Below are positions 9,241 through 21,900 of a stretch of 64,000 nt of DNA, one piece after another (position 1 is the first letter of the stretch; every line of letters starts with the position of its first letter). The DNA lies in contig JBHGNT010000011.1 of the NCBI GenBank assembly GCA_043228905.1, forward strand, positions 7,502,001 to 7,566,000. The letters run 5' to 3'. Origin of the DNA: Azolla caroliniana. Taxonomy: Eukaryota > Plantae > Polypodiophyta. Below the pieces are notes generated by a model, which was not told the DNA's origin, ran no database searches, and worked only from the letters and a program-made list of their open reading frames with translations. The position numbers and the translations under genes were made by a program.

Positions 9241-11981
9241 ATGGGAAATAATTCACCCTTTTCTGTTGAGGAATATCAACTGTCATCGGATTCCTCACCT
9301 TCTCTAGGGTTTTCGGTAGAAGAATACCGTTGGTCTCAAGATTCTAATTTCTCCGTTGAGGAGTATATAATCTCCGACAGTTCAGTCAATACGACAAGAT
9401 TCCTTGAATTCTCAATTGAAGACTATGACCCATATGCAAACTCGGGTGAGAATGTAGGTGATTGTCAAAGTCCCGAAAGTATTTCTACCCAGCAACAGAG
9501 AACAAATGTGCACCAAGAGGAGGACACACCAATATCAGCTAAGGATGACAATAAATCAGTGAGCCCCTTATTTTTCAAAAGGGTCTCAAGACGTATTAGT
9601 CGAGAACGATTTGCTTTAGCGACATCTGAGGCTCAACTTACCGTAGATGTTAAAAAGACATGTTGCGCTCGTGGGTGTATGGCGATGATTGGAAAGCAAA
9701 ACTTGCGGTCTTTGAGACATTACTATTTTTCACTCAATGGTGATGAACAAGACATCTATCTTATGACACACTTACAGATGGTGTCAGACAAAGCCTTAGA
9801 TATCTCGATCTCTTTCGAGTATTACCTTTTTACAACACGACAATGTTGTAGAGTGGCATTCAAGATCGCACTTTGTGTTAGCAACATGAGATTACATAGA
9901 GTACAACAAAGAGTTTTAAACGGCAACAATCCCATTGAAGATGATAATTTGCCAAGTATGAAGGGTGCATCAGGTAGAAATGCGATCTGCTGGATGAAGA
10001 CATACTTCAAGTTCAATTGTGAGATAATGCCAACTACCATTAGGTTGCATCTCTTTGACAATTATACACGTCGAGAAGTTTATGATTCCTATAGATTGGA
10101 AATGTCAACTTGTTGCGACAAGTATGTCACCTACAGTCAGTTCACAAGGTTGTGGACATTGCACTTGAGTAATGTTATTATACCTCGTAAAGTACGTATG
10201 GGGTATTGTTCAGTATGTGCAAACCTAAAGAGCGTGTGTAAAGGGGCAAAGATAGCGACAGAGAAGGAGCTAAATAAGAAATTGTTACAAGATCACCGAG
10301 ACGCCCAAGCATTAGAGCAAAAAAGAGCTATGCAACATAGGGAAAAGTCAATAAACAATCCAACTAAGTACATGTGTTTAATGATAGATGGAATGGACCA
10401 AAAGAAGACGTGTCTACCTCATCTTAAACGTCTTCCTAAAGATGTCAACGACGATTGTCTCGTACAGATGCACTTGGTGGGTTGTTTAGCCTATAATGGA
10501 AGTGTGAAGCCTCATGTCTTCGTCACCTACCCAAATGTCCACAATGACCCTAATTTAACAGTCACTGTGATTCAAAAAGTATTGATGTTTTGGGGGTAGT
10601 CTTTGCCGCCGGTTTTATATATTCAACTAGACAATACTGCTCAGGAAAACAAAAATTCTACGGTGTTTGGTTATCTAAGTCTGCTGGTGAACCAAGGAAT
10701 TTTTAGGAAAGTGAAAGTTAACTTTCTATTGGTTGGTCACACACATGACCATATCGATCAGATGTTCAATAACTTCTCTAGGCAGTTATCACGATATGAT
10801 GCTTTTACGTTACCTAAGTTGTTCGACATCATTCGTGATGCATATACGCCACACCCAATCGTGGAACACTTGAAGGAAATATATGATTTCAAGAGATACA
10901 TATTAGATGGTGGTGAGCGAAATTCCAAAGTGTTAGCGCCCTTAAATAATTTAAGTTTCAACCACGTATTCTTAATAAATAAAATTGATCATAGTGGTTG
11001 TACATTATTATATGCAAAGTAGTATTCATCCTCCCCCCAATGGGAGCCTGAAGGCGGGTGTCAGTTTCTACTTCATATACCTTCCACTTTTGTTTATGGT
11101 GTAGGACAAATGCCGATTGAGACTAAGAAAGTTGTCACCAATGTACTAGCTGAAAATCGAAAGGATGTTTGGATGCAAGCGTTGCAAGACAAACGCAAGC
11201 ACATTGACAATGCGAAGAAGTATGTTGGGGAACAAGACACATCATGGTGGGATGTGTTCTTTAAATATCAAGAACAAATTGTTGACAATTGTGTCCTTGG
11301 TACTTGGACCGTGCAAATACCCTTCACCTGGAATATACAATAGTGTCGTAATTCTCAGACTTCTCCTCTTGCACCTAATGCGATTAATGATAGCTTGCTC
11401 CATCCACCACAAAGGGACATATATGTTGGACCCAGACTGACAAAAACAGCAAAAGCAAGGTGGCAAGGGAACTTGCCAGAATTGAAGGTGGGTATGTTAA
11501 TTCCTACACCTATTGATGATAATGAGCTAGGACATCAATTTTGGATTGGTAAGGTTTTAGATGTGGTGATGCATGAGAACCAAAGCCAAATCCAGTCTAT
11601 AAAGGTGCATTGGTACAACACTAAAAGCAAAAATTCCTTTACCGGCAAGTATGCTTTAGAGATGATGGAATGTCCACAGTCAAGGGGGAATGAAATATTC
11701 ATAGCACTTCATGCCTAGACATTGGTGATGTAGATATTATTGTTTACGACTTCACACTAACAAAAGTTGGAGGTCTCAGGAAGTCTACAATAGATATTAT
11801 CAAGGAGAAATTACCTATTCTACAAGGGGTCTCATGTCGAAGGCAAACAAGATCGTCTATACATAACATGGAATGTCAACATCTAGTTTTAGATGAAGAC
11901 AATGCCTTAATAGGTACATCCGAAGATGACGAGGAACAATCTGCATTGTATATTAGTTATAGTAGTGACTATGGACCATGA
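9241..11981 (+). pseudogene. Sola-like DDD transposase (DUF7869-type), ~910 codons, decayed
   Basis: ORFs 9241, 10603, 11110 and 11395 share one frame, separated by single TAG stops, with a frameshift near 11690. Motifs: CCARGC, CRVAF, CSVC, MIDGMDQ, LYIQLDNTAQENKN, FLLVGHTHDHIDQMF. Confidence 0.75.
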
Positions 11982-12363
11982 TATGAGTGATTTTTGTAAA
12001 TTTTACACTCCTCAATGATATTTTGGTATCTAATGTACGAGAGTGTCGTTTGTAATACTCGAAATATGCGTAAGTTATGGTTAGAAATATTATTGCTTTG
12101 TACAGACATTGTTTGTTACAAAATACATTACTTCTTGACTTCTCACTGATAGTGAACATTGTACCATTTCGATTATAGCATAATTTTAGCGTTTTTCCAA
12201 GTTTAGGAAATGATGATTTTTTGAGGTTTTCCAACGACATTTTGAGAACATGTGATACTGGTACCATTACATTTTGTGAATAGAGTATCTAAACCCCAAA
12301 AATTGAGGGAATATTCCTTATCCTTCCATTTTTGCGCGATCCTTCCACTTTTGAACGCGAACG

Positions 12364-13160
12364 TGTTTTAGAGCTGATCCACAGTAACATCTAGGCTGAT
12401 GCCCGAAAGTTCTTTGGGAGGTGCACGATGTTGTGAGGGATTCCAGGCGCACAGAGAAAGGGGAGTCGATTGCGTGCAAATGGGAGTTTCAACCACAAGA
12501 AGGAGAACTCGCCGGTCGCATGTGAATGCGCGGAGGAGGCACAAGAACTAGGCTTATGTGTATATTAAAAACATCGTAAATAACCTAGGAATAATAAGTT
12601 CTAAGAAATATGATTCAGATGGGTACTTTAATATCCCATGAAGGAGAGGAATCAAAGGAGTGTAGGGAGGAAAATGAGGGGAGAATATCTGATAAAATTG
12701 GTTGCCTTTAATGTGATGTAACGGCCTCCCCTTTGTGCTATAAAAGGGAAGGCTTTGAATTGTGGTCTGGATCCATCGTTTTGGAGGGAGAAGTGTTGTC
12801 AGTTTGAGATATGGAGCCCTGTCGTTCTCCCTGGGCCTGTTTTGCTTTGTCTTGATTCAAAAGGACGGTGAGGCCTTTGCTTGCATAGGAAGCCCGTGTG
12901 CTCCCGACCAGAGGCTCATCGTTTTGTGTGTGTGTGTGTGTGTGTGCAAATCTTGAAGCTTTGTTACCGGCCAAGTCCGGTTGTATTTCTCTCTGTTTAA
13001 GTTAATCGATTATCTTTGTTGCTTCCGGATTCTCTGTGTCATCATGTGTCTCTTTGCTTCTACCTATGATCTTCACTCCACTTCCTTCCATTTGCATGCT
13101 TATCTGAGTCTTTGACCCTGCGGACTCATTGTTCTGGTATTCGGCATCAGGTCCGGAACA
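12364..13160 (+). repeat. 5' LTR of a gypsy family B-like element
   Basis: TGTTTTAGAGCTGAT...ATCAGGTCCGGAACA imperfect terminal inverted repeat, CTATAAAAG near 12738, gag follows at 13451. Confidence 0.65.
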
Positions 13161-13450
13161 ATTCACGTATCCGAGCCCGTGCGCTCATTTTCCGGTATCC
13201 GGAAACAAGTCCAAAACCGTTTACGCACGCGAACTTGTTCGTCTGTCATCCGAAGTTCGGCGACAGGCCTGGATCAGTTGTGTGCCTGAACATGTGTGCC
13301 GGTAACAATACCCCGCAAGCAATCCAGAAAGCACCTCTCTCTCTTCTTCCTCTCTATCTGACTTGTTAGTGCAAGACCTCGGCGGTCTCGCCTCGACCCG
13401 ACATACACACGCAGATTTCCGCGACATCTTTTGTGAACCCGATGTGAAAG

Positions 13451-15030
13451 GTGGCGGCAAAGGAGTCTAGAATGAGGGGATGCGAACTTGCAGAGGGAAT
13501 GGTGGTGGTCATCAACTGTCTAGTGAATGTGCGGGAGAGCGCAGGTGGCCTCGACAAGGCCATAGAAACGATAGTCGACATGGTAGGCCGATTTAACGAG
13601 AAAGATGTGACAAGCTATCTAGAGGCCTATAAGGCCGAAATGTTGATGTGAGACATCCTAGAGGACTCACCGCCGATTGGGTAGTGGTCAAAAGGGTTTG
13701 TAGTTGTTTCGACAAACGATGCGAATGGAATGACGCGGGGTCGTCGACGGCCGGCCCGGTTCCGGCAAACGTGATCAAGGGGCCATCCGGGGGCGCGGCT
13801 CTGGAGGAGTTGATGAAGATGGTGCACAATCTCCAGATTGCATAGTCCCGAAGGGAAGGGGGTGGTCAATCACGCAATCAGCACCCACGGATTGACCAGA
13901 GGTGTATATGGTGCGACATTGTAGGTCACATCTAGAGAGTGTGAATCGACTTTTCCGAAGCACTTAAGGGCAATGTCGTGTACCTAGGGAACGACTGGGT
14001 ACACATGAGCAAGACCCGGAAGCCCCTAGAAATAAACATCGGCCGAGGCGGAATGAAAATATTGATGGAGGCTACAACGCGACATGCCGAGACCGTTCAC
14101 TATTCGACGTCGGCAGGGATCCGAGTAGGTGGAGAGAAGGGCACCAGGTTCGGAACTGACATCGGATTTTGGTCGGTGGTGCTTGAAGGCTTCTCCGGGA
14201 AGAAGATAAGGAAGGAGGAGGCGGACCTCACGGAGAGGCAGGTATGGAAGGTCATCAGAGGGGATGATCTGGTAGAAGAGAAACCGGCTTTGTGGAGGTC
14301 GTGTGCCAGAACTACAAGGTTCTGGTGGAGGACAAACGGGTCGGAAAGGCTAGAGGGTCTGGTCCTTTGAATTGGTACGACACCCAGAGCGGCCCAAGTT
14401 TGATGTCGGTTTGGCTGACTGACACGAGAAAGAGAAGATGAAGTTCCCGAGCTTCTGATTGAGCTCAGAGATTGAGAAGACAACAAACGTACATAAGGTC
14501 TTAGAGGAGTGGATCCTCAACATACGAGTGGAGCTCTCATTACGAGAAGTGCTAGGAATTGAGAAGAAAGAGTTCCACGACTCAATCATCGACCTGGTGA
14601 AAAGGAAGTAGCTCTCGATGGAGCCTGAGAACGAGAAGCCTGTCGAGGTAAAGGTGGCACATATTGATGATGTCGATGACGTGAAGGAGCCGGTTGTAGA
14701 ATTGATTGACCATGGATCGGAGATAAACTTAATGTCCATGGAATTCTACAAAAGAGGAAAATGTCTGATCAACTCGAAGCATGGCTGGAAGATACGCACG
14801 GCGATCCGCGCTATAGAAGAGCTTCACGGAGCATGCCCGAATGTCCGGGTGAAGGTCGGAGACGTTGAAATCGACCAACACTTCTTTGTGCAGGAGACGT
14901 CCTCGCACTCGGTTATACTTAGTGAACTATATATCACGACGGCTCGAATGGAGACTAAGGTGTTGGACAACGGTTCAGCTTACGCCCGAGTCAATAGCCA
15001 AGACGGTCGGCATTCCGTCCAGTTTCTGAT
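13451..15030 (+). mobile_element. Gypsy family B gag and aspartic protease, decayed
   Basis: gag homologous to 5235-5669, CIWCD knuckle near 13905, protease LIDHGSEINLMS. Confidence 0.75.
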
Positions 15031-16745
15031 GATGTTATCTCAAGCCCCGGTAGTGCAACCTCCAGATTGGACCAAGGACTTTCACGTTTTCGTAGATGCA
15101 TCAGATGTGGCAATCATACGCGCGTTAATGCACCCTAAACACAAAATCGTACTGGTCAATATATTATGCCAACCAAAAATTTTCTATAGTGGTGCAAAAT
15201 TACTCACGTGGATCACTCTGCCCCTACTCTATTTGGTATCCAAAGCTTCGTTAACAATTCGTTAACAAGAAAATTGACCCGGTGGACCCTATTCGTCCAA
15301 GAATTCAACCTCGATATCTACCACCAACTAAGCTCACAACATGTCGTCGCGGACGACTTAAGCCGGCTGGCTGGACTTGGGGGAAGCAAGAAATGGAGTA
15401 GAAGATGATTTTCCAAATAGTAGAAGAAGAAGCAATCAACACTAGTAATGAGCCAGAGGACAAATGGCTCATGGATATTTCCTTTTTCCTTAGTACAAGA
15501 TTGCCTCCGGACCAATTGAGTTGCGATGAGGAGAAACGGTTGGCGGTAAAAAGTTGGAATTTCTGCTTATTACAAGATTTGCTATATCACAAGGGAGCAA
15601 ACGGAATCTGGAGACGATGTGTCCGGGCAGATGAGAAGCTTGCGGTACTGCAGGAAGCACATTGTGGAATTGTCGATGGGCATTACATCGGAGACATCAC
15701 CACAAAGAAAGTATGGCAAAGTGTTCTCTGGTGGCCAATGACAATAAAGGATGCACTCCAGTATTGTCAGGAATGCGAATTATGCCAACGGATGGGCCAA
15801 CTGACATCTGAAGCGTGGATGCTGCACCAACTGATTCTACCCTTAGAGCCTTTTCAGAAATGGGGAATCGATTTTGTAGGATCGTTCAAGCCGGCAACAA
15901 CACAAACGGGGAACCAATACATAATCATCACAACAAATCACTATACCAAATGGGTGGAAGCCAAAGCATTATGCGACAACACCGCAGCTTCAACAACAAA
16001 ATTTCTATACAAAAACACTTGGTGCCGGTTCGGATGCCCAATCGAACTGATTAGTGATTAGGATGGGCACCACATCAACCAAGTAGTCATAACCTTGACA
16101 ATGTTCTACACCGTCATCCATAAGAGGAGCACTGCGTATTACCCGCAAGCCTAACGATTAGCCAAATCCACCAACAAGACACTACAAAACATTTTAAAGA
16201 ACATTGTCAACGAAACTGGACAGACTGGGACACGAAATTGCAAACCGTGTTGTGGGCGTACAAGACCAGATACAAGACAAGCATACGGTCGACACCATTC
16301 CGGATGGCATTTGGATTGGAGGATGATGCCCATAGAGTTCCAAATTCCGAGTTTACAAGTACAGGTACAATAACGATTAAGCTAATGGGAGTTCGAACAT
16401 ATTCGATTGGAGAAATTTCTAGAACTAGAAGAACATCGGGTACAAAGCTTAATGCACCTAGAGTTGGAACAACGTTCATGGAAAGCGTTCATGGATCGAC
16501 ACTAGAAAGGAAATGAAAAACAGTTCAGAATTGGGAAACCAATGTTAGTATTCCAGACCCGGATGGGTGCCAAACAAACTAAAGTTTCGATGGACAGGAC
16601 CGTACTGGATAATCAAGGAGTTCAATGGGTCATATCAGTTGGGAACCTAAGTCGGGGAAGTGTTCGACAAATGGGTAAATGGGTTCTGGATAAAGCCATA
16701 TGAGGGAACGATGCCGGAAAATCCATTTAAGGACTAGAGGAACAA
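15030..16745 (+). mobile_element. Gypsy family C RNase H-integrase (older host copy), decayed
   Basis: LSQAPVVQPPDW..FHVFVDASD; integrase H..H..C..C, PFQKWGIDFVG, ELISD; colinear with 22790-24580. Confidence 0.9.
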
Positions 16746-17100
16746 GAGTGAGAACAAGTAAGTCGTGGATTAGAGCTCGACAGGCACTGACGAACTGCCG
16801 AAAATTCGGCAAACCAGAACGATGATGGCACGGAACAGGTACCGAAGGTCACTAGGTCGAAGGACTGACAACCACAATGACATCCAGAGTCAACAAATAG
16901 AGCAAGGTGTACGGTCGATAGGCAAATATGTAAATATTAGAAAAATAAATAAAACAAAAAAAAAACCCACGAAACGTTATGATGATCCCATAATTAGCTA
17001 TGAAACGGCATCATTACTCCATAAATAGCCATGACGACTGAGAGCGCTATCGTGCCTTTCAGCGCCAGATTGTTTGCGTGAGTCGGGTGGGAACCACTGG

Positions 17101-17850
17101 GTTATGGACTAGGAAGAGGAAGAATTTGAGGCGATTTTAATTATGTATAGATTATTAGAAGCTTGTGAATCCCACAAGTAGAGTTGTTTTAGTTTGTCTT
17201 AATCATAGTAATAAATTGAAATAGTTTAGAATAGTTTAGAGTAGAAATAGAAAAGAGATCAAACCTTGTGAATCCCACAAGTATTACATTAATCAATAAT
17301 TAATGTAAGAATATGAATTTAGATTGAAAGAGATAGATTATATAAAACTTCGTGAATCCCACGATTATATTAATGGGTGTTTTAGGAAATATATCCAATT
17401 TCCCAAATATTTTTCACACCCATTACATTGTGCTCCTCATCCTTATATAGAGATGAGAGAGTCTTTTCCAACCCATGCGTTTTCTCTAATTATAGACTCC
17501 ATGCTTTTTCTATAGATAGACTATATGCTTTATCTAAAGTGATCATGCTTTTTCTATCTTGTGCGTTTTTTATCAACTATAGCGTTCATGCACGCTAGAT
17601 ATGCATGCGTAGCTTTTTCTTTTAGCATGAGTTTTTCTTTTAACTATCCTACGTGAACTTACCTTTTTTTTTTTATGTGAGACATCTATTTTTTAATATG
17701 AATGAAATGCTAGTGTAATGGTAAGACATTACATTATTAACATGGAAGAGCAAGGTTCGAATCTTGCCCTATGCATGTTATATATATTTTAATGTTTTCT
17801 ACTATTTATTCATATTTATTAAATCGGTACTTTATAAGTTTTTCGCGTAG
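17101..17850 (-). repeat. AT-rich LTR-like insert related to 5781-6320, with a tRNA-like module
   Basis: Begins GTTATGGACTAGGAAG (compare GTTCTGGACCGGAAGG), reversed TATA CCTTATATAG, GCAAGGTTCGAATC at 17750. Confidence 0.45.
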
Positions 17851-18453
17851 TGTACGAAATACACTACGACAGCGCGCCAATCCAGAAAAGGAACATGGCG
17901 ACACATGGACAAGAAGGCATAGAGATGGGAATAGAAAGTCTAAGAATGAACGAAGGCATCTCATTTAGAGATAGAAAATTGTCAAGAGCGCACAGCCAGA
18001 GAGAGAATAATCGCGTGCACAAACAATCAAACACACAGTGCAACATTACCACCGACAAACTCGAGACAGAACTGATGGAGCTTTCTATAGAAGTCAAAGC
18101 ATGGTTGCAACAGCATGACCTTGAAGGATTTATTCATGTCGCTGAAGCTCTGCCACATCCAGAACTGGAGATCATCGCGCAAGCAGCAGTTGTGAAGAAG
18201 GAGAAACAATTACGGGGAAAGGCGGAAGAGGAGAAGAAGAGGCTAGGGGAAGGACACCAAACACTTCAGGAAAGTCTGAAATGGATGAAGGAAGAGAAGG
18301 ACGCATTGCAACAGGAACAGAAAAACTCCGACGGATGGCAAAAACAGAGATCGAATGGTTGCAGGACGAGCTTCGGCAACAAAAGGAGTGGGATGATCGG
18401 TTGTGGGCACAACTCAACCAACGTTTAAAGCACAAGCATGCCAACTTCGAAAA
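17850..18453 (+). pseudogene. Extra 3' ORF of the host gypsy C element, N-terminal part
   Basis: VKAWLQQHDLEGFI matches AKKWLKQHRLEGFL near 24920; coiled-coil segment matches 26340-26560. Confidence 0.75.
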
Positions 18454-18888
18454 TGTTACCGGCCGGCAAAGTAGTTCAGAGTGTGAAACGAAGGAGTTAT
18501 TTAATTATTAAGGAATGGTTGTAAGTAAGCTATTAGTGTGGACGGACGGACCGGAATCGGTATGTTGTTCCGGATCCGGACCAATCCCGAACAGGTGCGG
18601 ATGGCACCATTTTGTACTACAAACCGGAAACCTATTTAAAGGCTCGGATACAATGTAATGAGCAGCGGATAATTAATGAAGCTTAGTGTTTTTATCTCTT
18701 TGTGTTAATTGTCGTTCTACATTCATTGTTATATCTTACGCGTGTGATTATTAAGGACGATCTTGCTAAGTAACCTAATTAAGTCGGATTAATCATTGAG
18801 CCTAATCCTCTTGCCGTAACACCCCTTTGGTGAAGTTTCTTCCGTATACACCATGTGTTAGGCCATTGTCCGGCCCTAAGAGTTAACA
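18454..18888 (+). repeat. 5' LTR, gypsy family C
   Basis: TGTTACC...AGTTAACA; direct repeat of 27596-28030. Confidence 0.97.
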
Positions 18889-18941
18889 CAGTTTTTGGCG
18901 ACCACGATTCCTGTTTTTGCAGCGAACGACGGCACGAATGG

Positions 18942-21900
18942 ATGACTAGATCAACGCACGACCTGGTTACAGATCAAACTCGACGCCTTGCTGAAAGGCA
19001 AAGGAGACGTGAGGCTTTCCAGCAAGCGGCGTCGGAAATTAGAGTGGATCGCTCGTTTTCCAATGTAATCCGGAGAGTAGCGGAAGAGTTCCTCTGGTTA
19101 CAGCAAACATCGCACCCGGACGACGGCAGCAGCCTAAGCAGCCTCCGGGAAACCGAATCCCTTCTCCAGGCGTTGGCAAGCGGAGAAGGCGAAGCAAAAG
19201 CCTTTTCAGCGTATGAATCGGATTCCGAAGGGGGATACAGCGTGCACACAAACTACCGTAGCAGCAACGAAACCCCGGGCAGACCGGAGGACGAAGGATC
19301 AGACACCTTACCGACACTGGAACCGGAAGTGCTAAGGCTGGAACCTCCGGAACCTGAAGCAGAGGAAGAGCGACCTCCGACACCGGAAGTCGAGGAGGAG
19401 AGGCCTCCGTCACCAAAAGAAGAGGAAAGACCACCGACGCCGGAGACAAATCAGGAAAGACCACCAACACCACCAGTCCGCGCACCGATACCGAACGACG
19501 ACATGTCGTTCCAGTACTCCACGTATAGAGATGATCCGGACGCAGAAGCTCATGTTCACGCCTTTGAACAGACATGGGAAGCAAACCATGTGTCCCAGCG
19601 ATTGACCCTGGAGGAAGAGGAACGCTCTAAGATAGCAGAATTTGGCGTCACATTGGAGGGACTGGCAGCAAGATGGCGCTAGACGCAGGACCCGTCTACC
19701 ATCACCACCTTCGCAGATTTAAAAGCTAAATTCTTGCATTTTTTCCAAAAGGAGGTAGACCAGACAGAAATGGTGGGCTTGTTTTATACCATCTGACAAG
19801 AGGCAGGGGAGAGCATTCCCCAGTTTGTCATCCGGTTTCAACGGATGCATAGTCAGCTTGCCCCCGCATCCCCGGAGGAGAAATTATGGACTATATTCCT
19901 AAATGCGCTCCGGGAACCCCTACGCACGGTTTGCACAGTAATTGACTTCCGCACAAGTACCATCGACTAGGTCATTAACCGGGTGAGAGAGATGGAAAAG
20001 ACAAGCTCCTGGCTCACACTGGGAGCACTCCAACGGGCATTACCGTCCGATGAAGACCTCCGGTTTCGGCAAGCAATACAGTGCACAACCTGCTTGAATT
20101 CCGGACACTCGGCACTAGAATGCACTATGAGGACGCAATGTGTAATCTGTCAATCCAAGGGCCATACGACGGATAGGTGCGAGTATAATCTATTGAACCG
20201 GCAAGCACCGCCCATCTGACAAATAGAGCCACGCAGCAGCCGGGATGAAGAAGAGGAACACTGGCGGCGAATGGACCGTGACCGACTGGCACAGGATGTC
20301 CGATATGGCGATCGACGGGAGAATGATGTCTGGTACGGTGATCAGCGGGATAACTACGACCGGTACGATAGATATGATCGGTACCGGGATTACAATAGAC
20401 GATATGAACATTACGACCGAGAGCACTCCCCTGGGTATCGTCAGCAACGGGAGGAATTTGGTAGATATAACGACCAACCTCGTCAAGACTACCGCAATAA
20501 GAAGAACTATAACAAAAAACGGCATTTCAAAAAAGGCGGCCACCCACGGGATCCGGAACAAGGAGCTTCAAGCAGCCAACCGGCCCAAAACCCGGCGCTT
20601 ACCACAGAACCTGCCCTGGGTACAACAAACAATGCCGAATCCAGCAATACCCGGAAAGCCTACTTCTACTACTGCCGACAGGAAGGTCATTATAGTAATC
20701 AATGCTTGGCGAAGAGCTATGACAAACGACCGGCAGTAAATATGGTAGTCCCTGAAGTGGCAGATTTGTAGCAGGTGACCACAAGGTCGAAGGGCATGGC
20801 CAAGGAATGGGAGATGCAGGAGACCATTTGGAAGCAAGCGACGGAATGGGTGAAGAAAGCAAACGAGCAAAACGTAACAGACTTAGAGCAGCAAAAAGAG
20901 AACACCGTAGGGCTTGCCGACGGCAGTCACTCCGAGAACGAGACATGGCAGGCGTTGCAAGAATGCCAAATTACGCTGCCACTAGGAAGACTCCTACAGC
21001 TCGTGCCGAGATTCACGGAAGGACTGAAGACAACCATGACGGCAGGAGAATCATCACCGACACCGATACTCTTCTCGAATCCGGAGGAGGGACCAACGGT
21101 GGTGGACACCAACAGTCCGGTAATTACTGCCATTGTAAAAGGGAAAGAACTCCCCAACACAGTAATAGACGGAGGCTCCGGTGTGAATGTAATAAGCCTC
21201 CGAACGTGTGATGCCCTGGGAATTCACGAGTGGGAGCCGTGTCCGTTCTAGTTACAGATGGCCGATACAAGCTCAGTGTGGCCGACAAGATTAATACGAA
21301 AATTAGAAGTCACCATTGGCGGTCATACATTTCACATCTCGGCAGTAGTGCTACAATTACAAGCACAAGGCGCATACCCGCTATTGCTGGGGCGGCCGTG
21401 GTTGAAAACGGCACATATCAAACAGAATTGGAGGAAAAATATAATTACCTTCCGACGAGGAAAAGCCAAGGTACGTGTACCAACACAGCCAAGGACGAGC
21501 ACTGGCAAGGAATGTACACCGTTGTATGCAGAGTGCGTCAACATGCTAGAAGGGTTAGCTGACGAAGAAGAAGCTCAGTACTTGTAGGAAAACCCGAAGA
21601 TCGTACCCCTCTTCGAAATTGACATTGCCAAAGCAGTAGCACCATACTTACCACAGCCGGAAGAACCGGATAAGGACGCAATCCGAGAGTTACAGCAAGC
21701 GCAAGAAGCGTTGGAACGGGAAATGGTCGTTTCACAGCGCGTAAAAGCGTCGCAACTTGAAGAGGTGAACCTAGGGGCCACGGACAAAGCAACACCGGTG
21801 CACATCGCCAAGGAGATGAAGTCTGAAGACAAAACGGCGATGATCACACTTCTCACGGAATTTCGCGACGTGTTTGCCTGGTCATACGAAGACATGCGAG

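Noticed and set aside
12290-12363. Right TIR of the Sola-like element
   Set aside because: A short ATCCTTCCA direct repeat is present, but I found no reverse-complement partner on the left side
17838-17867. CACTA terminus (TTTTCGCGTAGTG) or GTAGTGTA-CGAAA-TACACTAC hairpin
   Set aside because: No matching opposite TIR, 3-bp TSD or subterminal repeats found; an 8-bp stem can arise by chance
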